DNA from: Tannockella kyphosi | GTDB lineage: Bacteria; Bacillota_I; Bacilli_A; Erysipelotrichales; Coprobacillaceae | DNA length: 32,000 nucleotides | NCBI RefSeq assembly: GCF_021054785.1 | Contig: NZ_CP088239.1 | Span: forward strand, 1,170,001-1,202,000 | Direction of reading: 5' to 3' | In this document: positions 9,657-17,296 of the stretch, piece by piece | Layout of the letters: the number at the start of each line of letters is the position of its first letter | How positions within the stretch are numbered: the first letter of the stretch is position 1 | Program-made: the position numbers and the translations under genes | The notes under the pieces: generated by a model | What the model was told of the DNA's origin: nothing | Databases searched by the model: none | The model's input: the letters and a program-made list of their open reading frames with translations, nothing else

Positions 9657-9713
9657 AAATAAAAAGTAGACAGTTACAACACTTTTACTGTTCCCTTATC
9701 GTGTTATAACAGT
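9657..9713 (-). other. Terminator-like hairpin inside the roughly 190-nt 5' leader of the PTS operon
   Basis: The minus-strand arms ACUGUUAUAACAC and GUGUUGUAACUGU form 13 pairs, with one mismatch and one G-U pair. The loop is 18 nt. CUAC then UUUUUAUUU follow. Confidence 0.3.
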
Positions 9714-9732
9714 TTAGTTGTTTCGATTATCC

Positions 9733-9748
9733 GGTGGTATATACCACC
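9733..9748. promoter_or_regulatory. Perfect 16-bp palindrome, dre-like operator candidate for the HutC/GntR regulator
   Basis: GGTGGTATATACCACC is self-complementary. Its core TGGTATATACCA fits the HutC-family GT-N-TA-N-AC pattern. It lies about 10-25 nt downstream of the predicted -10. Confidence 0.55.
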
Positions 9749-9757
9749 TATGACTAA

Positions 9758-9786
9758 AATATACCACCCTTTGCATCAAAATACAA
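9758..9786 (-). promoter_or_regulatory. Sigma-A promoter of the PTS-MupG-GntR operon
   Basis: On the minus strand: TTGTAT (9786-9781), 17 nt of spacer, TATATT (9763-9758) preceded by TGg (extended -10). The -10 overlaps an operator half-site GGTGGTATAT. Confidence 0.5.
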
Positions 9787-9795
9787 GCGTTTTCA
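9782..9795. promoter_or_regulatory. Imperfect cre-like element overlapping the -35
   Basis: Minus strand TGAAAACGCTTGTA matches 12 of 14 defined cre positions. Confidence 0.3.
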
Positions 9796-9903
9796 TAAAA
9801 AAAAAACAACTTTTTAATAAAAAGTATGGTATTTTTAGACAAAAAGGGTGTATTTCAATATCATTGTCCATTTTTATCCCATAATTTCAAACCTTTTATA
9901 TAA

Positions 9904-9919
9904 CGTGGTATAAACCACG
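9904..9919. promoter_or_regulatory. Second dre-like inverted repeat (distal operator candidate)
   Basis: In CGTGGTATAAACCACG the arms CGTGGT and ACCACG are perfectly complementary. Its centre lies about 171 bp from the centre of the 9733-9748 palindrome. Confidence 0.35.
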
Positions 9920-9920
9920 A

Positions 9921-9943
9921 TAAAAAAAGAGCCTTTTGGCTCT
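9921..9943 (-). terminator. Rho-independent terminator of the rlmI-like gene
   Basis: Minus-strand stem agagcc/ggctct (9928-9943) with loop aaaa, followed by 7 U. The stem overlaps the TAG stop at 9942-9944. Confidence 0.75.
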
Positions 9944-11144
9944 ATATGATTTGGAATATGTAAAACTTTAAATAAGATGTTTCTTCCATTGTCCATAAAA
10001 TAGGATGATCGTGATTTTGTTGTGTAACAGATACTTGTTTTAAAGTAACTTGACATTCTTTAGCCGCTTCTCGTAACATTTTTTCAAAATTATCCGTTTC
10101 CATAAAACGAGAACAACTACACGTAATTAAATAACCACCCCTACCTAACAACTTCATTGCTTGCATATTAATACGTTTATAACCATTATATGCATTCATA
10201 ACAGTAGATCTAGATTTAGTAAAAGCAGGAGGATCTAAAACAATAATGTCATATTTTCCAACTGGACATTCATCTAAATATTTAAAGACATCCGCTTTTG
10301 TAAATTTGATTTTCTTTTCTAAATTATTTAATACCGCATTTTGATATCCTTGGTTTAATGCAGTTTGTGAAACATCTACAGATTCAACATAACTAGCTTG
10401 TCCATAAGCTGCATTTAATGCAAATCCACCGGTATGACTAAAACAATCTAATACACGTTTCCCTTTTGACATTTTACGTAATAAAACACGATTTTCTTTT
10501 TGATCTAAGAAATATCCTGTTTTCTGTCCATTTTCAACATCTACATGTAATTGAATACCATTTTCATTAATAATAGTAGTTGTTGGCATAGTTACATTGT
10601 TCCAATAACCTTTTTCTAAAGCAAGTCCTTCTTTTGCACGTACTTTAATATCGTTTCTTTCATAGATACCATCAATTTCTTGACCATCTTCTCTTAAAAC
10701 CTCAAGTAAGGCGTTATAGATCATTTCTTTTCTAATATCAAGCCCATAGGAACTTATTTGTGCTACTAGTATATTATTATATCGATCCACTACTAAGCCA
10801 GGTAAATCATCTGCTTCACCAAAGATAATACGACAATTCGTAATATTTTCTCCTTCTAGTGTTTTTCTAAAATTATATGCAAACTGAATTCTTTCTTTAA
10901 AGAATGTTTCATCAAAAGTATCCAACTTATTTTTAGATAAGATACGTACCGTAATATGACTATCCAAAGAAACATATCCTGTACCCATATAACTTCCTTG
11001 TTTAGTTTCAATATCTACTAATGCCCCATTTTCTAATGTATCATCCATTGATTCAGCATTATTTCGATACATCCACATTTGTCCATTCTCTAACCATTTA
11101 ATACCTTCATCACTAATTATTACTTTTGGAATATTTCTTTTCAT
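9942..11144 (-). CDS. Class I SAM-dependent 23S rRNA m5C methyltransferase, RlmI-like (PUA + methyltransferase domains)
   Basis: About 400 aa. The N-terminal PUA-like region is followed by RVLDCFSHTGGFALNAA and IIVLDPPAFTKS motifs. Confidence 0.8.
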   Translation of the reverse strand: MKRNIPKVIISDEGIKWLENGQMWMYRNNAESMDDTLENGALVDIETKQGSYMGTGYVSLDSHITVRILSKNKLDTFDETFFKERIQFAYNFRKTLEGENITNCRIIFGEADDLPGLVVDRYNNILVAQISSYGLDIRKEMIYNALLEVLREDGQEIDGIYERNDIKVRAKEGLALEKGYWNNVTMPTTTIINENGIQLHVDVENGQKTGYFLDQKENRVLLRKMSKGKRVLDCFSHTGGFALNAAYGQASYVESVDVSQTALNQGYQNAVLNNLEKKIKFTKADVFKYLDECPVGKYDIIVLDPPAFTKSRSTVMNAYNGYKRINMQAMKLLGRGGYLITCSCSRFMETDNFEKMLREAAKECQVTLKQVSVTQQNHDHPILWTMEETSYLKFYIFQII

Positions 11145-11208
11145 TTTCTACCTCACTATGTTTTATTTACCACTTATACTACCTTAATTTAAAAGACATA
11201 TCAATTAT

Positions 11209-12246
11209 TTAATCTTTAAGAAGCATGATATTTGATTTTGCAACCGCTATAACGCCTTGACTTTCTTTTATTTGTGCAAATTTATCTTTTGATACTTCCA
11301 TTACAAAAGATAATTCTCCACCTCTAGGAACAATCGTTAAAAGGTAACTAAACAATCTTTCCGTAACATCTTGAATATGAAAATGAAAAGTAACAATCGA
11401 ATCATCTTCTATATCACTAGCATCGATATAATAGAAGTCATTTGCACGAATCCCCACATAACGAAACAATCGTGAAGTAGGATAATGGAATCGAAGATTT
11501 AATTGTTCTATTACGATAAATTCCCCATCTAATCTAGCAGGATATAGATTTTGACATCCTGTTAGTATCGCACTATCATAGGTTTGTGGATTTAAAAACA
11601 ATTCATGTTTTTCTTTCATAGCAAGATTTGATCCATTTGTAATAACAGAAACCTTATGACTAAGTCGATATACTTCATCTCGATTATGAGAAACAAATAG
11701 AACAGTCTTTCCATATTCTTCTAATGTTTGGAATAGCTCTTTTTCTAACTTATATTTTAAGAAACTATCTAATGCTGAAAATGGTTCATCTAACAAGATA
11801 ATAGTAGGACATGTAACAATCATACGAGCAAGTGCACAACGTTGTTTCTGTCCACCAGACAATTGATCAGGATATTGATGTTGTTGGCGTGTAAGTTGAT
11901 AATCTTCTAATACTTGGTCTAGTGTTTTGTGACAAGTTGGTTGATAAGCAATTGCTATATTTTGACGAACCGTCATATTAGGAAATAATGCATAGTCTTG
12001 AAACAACAAACCCACGTGACGTTCTTGTGGTGATAAATCGATTTTTTTCTCACTATCAAAGTATATACAATCATCTACCACAATAGTCCCAGAATCAGGC
12101 TTTTCAACACCTGCAATGCAACGTAGAATCAGGCTCTTTCCAGAACCAGAAGCTCCTAGAAGTGATAAAATCTCATTTTCACCAAAAAATTCAATATCCA
12201 ATTTAAAATTATCAAACTCTTTTTTTATCTTACAATAAATAGACAT
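11209..12246 (-). CDS. modC: Molybdate ABC transporter ATP-binding protein
   Basis: Walker A GASGSGKS, signature LSGGQKQRCALAR, Walker B ILLDEPFSALD and a C-terminal regulatory-type extension. The ATG at 12246 has AGGAGG 7 nt upstream, whereas the ORF-track start at 12252 is a GTG. Confidence 0.85.
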   Translation of the reverse strand: MSIYCKIKKEFDNFKLDIEFFGENEILSLLGASGSGKSLILRCIAGVEKPDSGTIVVDDCIYFDSEKKIDLSPQERHVGLLFQDYALFPNMTVRQNIAIAYQPTCHKTLDQVLEDYQLTRQQHQYPDQLSGGQKQRCALARMIVTCPTIILLDEPFSALDSFLKYKLEKELFQTLEEYGKTVLFVSHNRDEVYRLSHKVSVITNGSNLAMKEKHELFLNPQTYDSAILTGCQNLYPARLDGEFIVIEQLNLRFHYPTSRLFRYVGIRANDFYYIDASDIEDDSIVTFHFHIQDVTERLFSYLLTIVPRGGELSFVMEVSKDKFAQIKESQGVIAVAKSNIMLLKD

Positions 12247-12269
12247 AATCACTCCTCCTCCCTATTCTT

Positions 12270-12923
12270 TTACTTATCTTTTTCTAACATATTCACTGTT
12301 AACATAACAGCAAATGAAATAACTAAGTTAATCATTACCCAAAACATTGCCTGTGAGTCTTGCCCAGTCTGCCAATAGTAAGCAACAGTTGTTGAAATAG
12401 TTGCGGTACTGTTTTGAATAAAACCTGAAACCATCGATGTTGCACCATATTCACCAAGCCCTCGTGCAAAAGATAGAACAAAACCAGCAACAATTCCTGT
12501 CCGACAATTTGGTAGGATTATTTTACGGAAAATAACAGAGTTCTTTAGCCCCAATGTCTTTCCTGCATAGATCAGATTCTTATCCAGTTGCTCAAAAGAT
12601 CCTCTTGCTGTCCGATACATAATCGGAAATGTGATAATAATAACTGCAAAAATGGACGAATACCAAGTCATTGTTAATGTAATACCAAAATATTCATTAA
12701 TAATCGAACCTAAAAGACCATTAGGAGCAATAAACATAAGTAATATAAATCCAACTACAGTTGGTGGAAGTACCATTGGAATCGTTAATAGTGCATCTAA
12801 AACACCTTTGTATCCTCTTGGTAACTTAGTAATATAAAACGCAAACAAAACACCTAATATCAAAGTGAAAACACTTGATATTAGAGATATTCTTATTGAA
12901 TTATAAAGAGGAAATAAATCCAT
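12270..12923 (-). CDS. modB: Molybdate ABC transporter permease
   Basis: 217 aa with 5-6 TM segments and an EAA-like loop (YAGKTLGLKNSVIFRKIILP). It sits between modA and modC. Confidence 0.88.
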   Translation of the reverse strand: MDLFPLYNSIRISLISSVFTLILGVLFAFYITKLPRGYKGVLDALLTIPMVLPPTVVGFILLMFIAPNGLLGSIINEYFGITLTMTWYSSIFAVIIITFPIMYRTARGSFEQLDKNLIYAGKTLGLKNSVIFRKIILPNCRTGIVAGFVLSFARGLGEYGATSMVSGFIQNSTATISTTVAYYWQTGQDSQAMFWVMINLVISFAVMLTVNMLEKDK

Positions 12924-12947
12924 ATGTACACCACCCTTTCTATTTGG

Positions 12948-13760
12948 TTACTTTGCAGTAATTAATACTAATTCATTTGATAACAATTCATAGACATTAT
13001 CCTCATCAATATAACCTAACTCCTCTAGTGTCTCTACTTCACTAGTTGATGCTGATATAAAAATATCCGTTATAGCACCATATTGAATCTGTGATGATAA
13101 TGTCCCACTTGAATCAAAACTTGCTATAATCTCTACTCCTTCATGTTCTTCCATAAACATGTTCGAAATCTCACTAATCGACTCCATTAAACTAGCAGCA
13201 GCAAAAATAGTAATAGTACAAGCTTCTAACTCTACTTCTTGTTCTATTGATTCTTCTGGCAAATAGGTAAATCCATTTTCTTCAAAAATAGCTATTGCAG
13301 TTGCTGTTGTTAAATAGTCCATAAAACATTGAACTGCTTCTTGATTCATTGAATCATTCATAATAGCAGCTGGATAAATAACAGGACTCTCTAATAAAGA
13401 ACTATCGATTGTTTCAACTACATAAACACCATCACTTGTAATAGCATCCGTTGCATATACAATACCACAACTAACAGACCCTAGTTCTACTTGAGATAGC
13501 ACTTCTTTTACACTACTGGCATAAGAAATTTTACTTTCAATTTCATCCCATATACCATAATTTACTAAAGCTTCTTTGGCATAACGGCCAACTGGTACAT
13601 CATCATTACCAAGAGCGATAAGGGATACACTATCTGTTGTTAAATCTAAAAGAGATGTAAGAGTAGTTTCTTGATTACTTGTATTTGCACTACATCCATT
13701 CAGTAGTATCATTGTAGCTATTAAGAAAGTTACTGTTATATTTTTTATGTTTACTTTCAT
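12948..13760 (-). CDS. modA: Molybdate-binding lipoprotein ModA, circularly permuted
   Basis: Lipobox LLNGC. All ModA motifs are present but in swapped order (see finding). The ATG at 13760 is preceded by GAGGAGGGG, whereas the ORF-track start at 13781 is a TTG. Confidence 0.85.
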   Translation of the reverse strand: MKVNIKNITVTFLIATMILLNGCSANTSNQETTLTSLLDLTTDSVSLIALGNDDVPVGRYAKEALVNYGIWDEIESKISYASSVKEVLSQVELGSVSCGIVYATDAITSDGVYVVETIDSSLLESPVIYPAAIMNDSMNQEAVQCFMDYLTTATAIAIFEENGFTYLPEESIEQEVELEACTITIFAAASLMESISEISNMFMEEHEGVEIIASFDSSGTLSSQIQYGAITDIFISASTSEVETLEELGYIDEDNVYELLSNELVLITAK

Positions 13761-13789
13761 TATCTTCCCCTCCTCATTCAATTATCTTT

Positions 13790-14782
13790 CTAACCACCTA
13801 TTTGTGACATTGATTTTTGTTCACTACTTTCAATACCTTTTTCTAAAAAACCATGTGCTTTGGGTTTTCTTTGAATCGTTTTTATAATAGCATCTTCGAT
13901 TTCTTGATTAGAAGAACCATTTCTTAATAAAGATAATAAATCACTTCCAATATCATATTGTAAACATGTTTTTAAGTATCCTTTTGAACTTAGTCTAACA
14001 CGATTACAAGAATCACAGAACTTATGGCTAATAGCACTAATAAAACCAACTTTACCCATAAACCCTTCTACTTCAAAATAACGACTAGGACCATGACCTA
14101 ATTTTCCTTCGTATTCCTTTATTTTACCAAAGTTAGCAGTTAATAAATCTTTAATTCTTTGTTCTTGATCAATATATTGTTTATCATCATCGATCATTTC
14201 TTTTCCCATACCAATTGGCATTAATTCAATAAAACGAACATGTATATTTTTATTTTTTGCAAGCAATACAATGTCCATAATTTCTTGATCACTAATATTA
14301 TTAGAAACACAATTTGTCTTTAAATTAATATTTGGATACGCTAATACTTTATCCATGGATGATAACACATCTTCTATTTTACCACCTCTAGTAAGTAATG
14401 AAAAATGAGTAGCATCTAATGTATCCAAACTAACATTAATAGCATCTAAGCCAGCTTTACTTAACTTATCAATATTATCTTCTAATAATATTCCATTAGT
14501 AGTAATTGAAACAGATTCAATACCTTCTATTCCTTTTATCTCTTTAATTAATTGATCAATTCCTTTACGAACCAAAGGTTCTCCACCTGTGAGTTTGATT
14601 TTTTTTACGCCAAGCTTTGCAAAAATAGAACATAGTTTGATTATTTCATCATAACGAATAATTTCATCATGTGATATTTGTTCTATTCCTTTTTCCGGCA
14701 TACAATAGACACATCTTAAATTACATCGTTCCGTCACAGAAATACGAACATAATCAATATTTCTTCCATAATTATCTATCAT
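13790..14782 (-). CDS. moaA: GTP 3',8-cyclase (radical SAM, Moco biosynthesis step 1)
   Basis: YVRISVTERCNLRCVYCMP radical-SAM motif, C-terminal FCDSCNRVRLSSKGYLKTCL cluster motif and a GG tail. Confidence 0.95.
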   Translation of the reverse strand: MIDNYGRNIDYVRISVTERCNLRCVYCMPEKGIEQISHDEIIRYDEIIKLCSIFAKLGVKKIKLTGGEPLVRKGIDQLIKEIKGIEGIESVSITTNGILLEDNIDKLSKAGLDAINVSLDTLDATHFSLLTRGGKIEDVLSSMDKVLAYPNINLKTNCVSNNISDQEIMDIVLLAKNKNIHVRFIELMPIGMGKEMIDDDKQYIDQEQRIKDLLTANFGKIKEYEGKLGHGPSRYFEVEGFMGKVGFISAISHKFCDSCNRVRLSSKGYLKTCLQYDIGSDLLSLLRNGSSNQEIEDAIIKTIQRKPKAHGFLEKGIESSEQKSMSQIGG

Positions 14783-14809
14783 TCTTCTCTCCCTCTATTT
14801 CTTCATTTA

Positions 14810-15241
14810 CTATTCAAGAATTTTTAAAATATCCCCTTCTTTAATAGAACCACCTTCTAATACAATCGCAAAGACACCTTCTCTAGGCATAATGCAATCA
14901 CCCATTTTTTTAAAGATTTCACATCCATGATGACATTGTTTTCCTATTTGTGTTAATTCTAATAATACATCATTGCAAGCAAATTTTGTACCTATTGGTA
15001 ATGTTTTAAAATCAATTCCTTCTACTAAAAGATTTTCTCCAAAAGAACCATCTACAATAGGTGCTCCTAAATTACGAAACTCCTCTACTTTATCAAAACT
15101 TAATAAACTTACTTGACGATGCCAATTACCAGCATGAGCATCATTTTCAATACCAAAATTAACAATAAAATTTGCTTGATGAATATTTTGTTTTTGAACT
15201 CCTTTTTTTTCACTAATACATACTGCTTTTACCATTCCCAT
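14810..15241 (-). CDS. Stand-alone MOSC-domain protein
   Basis: 143 aa. MVKAVCISEKKG...HRQVSLLS...GENLLVEG...IGKQCH is typical of short MOSC proteins found in moa operons. Confidence 0.75.
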   Translation of the reverse strand: MGMVKAVCISEKKGVQKQNIHQANFIVNFGIENDAHAGNWHRQVSLLSFDKVEEFRNLGAPIVDGSFGENLLVEGIDFKTLPIGTKFACNDVLLELTQIGKQCHHGCEIFKKMGDCIMPREGVFAIVLEGGSIKEGDILKILE

Positions 15242-15259
15242 AATCTTTCTTCCCTTCTC

Positions 15260-16252
15260 TTATTTTAAGTTTGCTCTTACTAGAATTAATTGAGCTGCAA
15301 TACTAATTGCTATTTCAGCTGGTGTTTCACTTTTAATAGAAATACCTATTGGTGTTGTAATACGACTTATATCTTCTTCATTAAATCCTTTTTCCATTAA
15401 CTTTGCTTGTACTGTTTTAATTTTACTACGACTTCCAACCACTCCGATATAACAAGCAGGTGTTTTTAAAGCAAACTCTTGGACGTATTGATCTCCTAAG
15501 TGACCTCTAGTTACAGCGATAATATAATCATGGTTAGTGACTTGATAATATGCTTGATATTCCATCAATTGTTCATAATGACAAACATTCGTATCAATTG
15601 CATCTGGAAACAACTCTTTTTTACTAAAGTCTTCGCGATCATCACTAACAATACAACGAAATCCTAAATGTGATAAAACTGGTACTAACTCTTGAGCTAA
15701 ATGTCCTCCACCAAAAATAAAGACACGACTTTTGTTTTCAATCTTGTGGACATAATAGCAATCTTGTCCTACTTTCATTAGACCTGCTTGTAAGTTATTA
15801 CAATCAATTCCTGTTATCCCTATTATTTCATCTTCATAGCAGTATCCCACTTGCATACCATCCATCGATAAAACAAGCCAACCTAATTGATTAGAGACCA
15901 TATGATTTGTTAATGTTTCAATCAAAGAAGCATCTTTTTGATAAGAAATGTAACTGAATAATACATCTACATCTCCTCCACATACCATACCTAAATTTGC
16001 TGATTCCTCAATTCGTAAACGATACTGTTTTAACTCCCCTGTTTTGTTTTGTAAATGTATTTTGGCTAATTCAATTGATTGAAATTCCAACATCCCACCA
16101 CCAATAGTACCACTCATTAACCCATCTTTATCCACTACCATAAATGCTCCCGTAGTTCTAGGTGCACTACCAACATTATCAACAATTGTTACTAACATAC
16201 AATCTTCACTAACATCTAATTTTTTAGTTAACGATCTTATTATTTCTTTCAT
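15260..16252 (-). CDS. XdhC/CoxI-family molybdenum cofactor insertion/maturation chaperone
   Basis: XdhC_CoxI N-domain (VGSAPRTTGAFMVVDKDGLMSGTIGGG) plus a Rossmann-like C-domain (VFIFGGGHLAQELV). The ATG at 16252 follows the upstream stop and a GGGGAAAAAG RBS. Confidence 0.85.
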   Translation of the reverse strand: MKEIIRSLTKKLDVSEDCMLVTIVDNVGSAPRTTGAFMVVDKDGLMSGTIGGGMLEFQSIELAKIHLQNKTGELKQYRLRIEESANLGMVCGGDVDVLFSYISYQKDASLIETLTNHMVSNQLGWLVLSMDGMQVGYCYEDEIIGITGIDCNNLQAGLMKVGQDCYYVHKIENKSRVFIFGGGHLAQELVPVLSHLGFRCIVSDDREDFSKKELFPDAIDTNVCHYEQLMEYQAYYQVTNHDYIIAVTRGHLGDQYVQEFALKTPACYIGVVGSRSKIKTVQAKLMEKGFNEEDISRITTPIGISIKSETPAEIAISIAAQLILVRANLK

Positions 16253-16262
16253 ACTTTTTCCC

Positions 16263-17294
16263 CTATTTCCCGAATCCACAATTCGGGAAAGTACAAATAT
16301 CACAACCTAAACAAAGTCCACCTTCACCTAGTCTATCTATCATTTCTCTATTTATTGGCACATCTGCCATTACTTTTGGTAAAACAAGATCAAAAATAGT
16401 TCGTTTTGCATACATTACACATCCAGGTAACCCCATTATTGGTTTATTATCTTTTGAATATGCCATCAAGAACATTGCTCCTGGTAATACTGGTGCCCCA
16501 TAAGTAATAATAGTAGCTCCACTATTTTTAATAGATAATGGTGTTTTATCATCTGGATCCACACTCATCCCACCAGTACAAATAATCATATCAACACCTT
16601 TATCTAACATATCTTGAATAATAAGGGTTATTTTTTCAAAATCATCATCTACTATTTCATGAAGTACCATTTCTCCACCAAACTCTGCTAGTTTATCTTG
16701 AATAACTGGAGTAAAGGTATCTTGAATACGTTTATGATAAATTTCATTACCTGTTGTGATAACACCATATTTCTTCGTTTGAAAAGGAATCACATTTAGT
16801 AATGGTTCTCCATTAGAAACCTTTACTACTGTTTCTTTTGCCTTTTCCATCTTTTCTTTTTCTATTACCAAAGGAATAATACGAGTTCCTGCAAGTTTGT
16901 CTCCCTTTTTAACAGCAAAACCACCATGTCTAGATGCAATCATCATTTGTCCAAAAGAATTAATAGCGTTTATCCCTTCTTTATGAACACATAACAAACC
17001 ATCACAATTTGCAATCAATTCTATTTTTCCTTCTTTTACTTTTCCAGCAACAATATTACTACCCATTGCTAGTTCCTTAAGAATCTCTGCTGCATCATTT
17101 TCATGTAACATCGTTTCATCATTTTCACAAATATAAATATGATCTTTTCCAACAGACAATAAAACAGGAATATCCTCTTCTTTTATTAGATGCCCTTTTG
17201 AAAAAACAACATCTTTTGTAACCCCTCTTATAATTTGAGTAATATCGTGATATAACACTTGTCCTACTGCATCCACCGTTTTGATACTTTTCAT
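16263..17294 (-). CDS. Molybdopterin-binding (MoCF_BD/MoaB-MogA-like domain) protein with a C-terminal Cys cluster
   Basis: VITTGNEIY...MIICTGGMSVDPDDKTP is a MoCF-binding domain signature. The C-terminus is CLGCDICTFPNC. GGGAGG lies 7 nt before the ATG at 17294. The ATG at 17300 overlaps the upstream TGA and is also possible. Confidence 0.7.
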   Translation of the reverse strand: MKSIKTVDAVGQVLYHDITQIIRGVTKDVVFSKGHLIKEEDIPVLLSVGKDHIYICENDETMLHENDAAEILKELAMGSNIVAGKVKEGKIELIANCDGLLCVHKEGINAINSFGQMMIASRHGGFAVKKGDKLAGTRIIPLVIEKEKMEKAKETVVKVSNGEPLLNVIPFQTKKYGVITTGNEIYHKRIQDTFTPVIQDKLAEFGGEMVLHEIVDDDFEKITLIIQDMLDKGVDMIICTGGMSVDPDDKTPLSIKNSGATIITYGAPVLPGAMFLMAYSKDNKPIMGLPGCVMYAKRTIFDLVLPKVMADVPINREMIDRLGEGGLCLGCDICTFPNCGFGK

Positions 17295-17296
17295 TT

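Noticed and set aside
9874-10056. Minus-strand ORF 9874-10056
   Set aside because: It overlaps the 3' end of the rlmI-like CDS in another frame and reads through that gene's terminator.
12631-12837. Plus-strand ORF 12631-12837
   Set aside because: It is antisense within modB.
7947-16303. Longer N-terminal extensions given by the ORF track for the DUF3284 gene (7985), small membrane ORF (8133), modC (12252), modA (13781), xdhC (16303), TylF-like gene (19274), large subunit 1 (24957) and membrane protein (26720)
   Set aside because: - The 8133, 12252, 13781 and 24957 starts use TTG or GTG codons.
- The xdhC (16303) and TylF-like (19274) extensions overlap the preceding gene.
- The other extended starts lack an RBS.
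- In each case an internal ATG with a well-spaced GGAGG-type RBS exists and was used instead.
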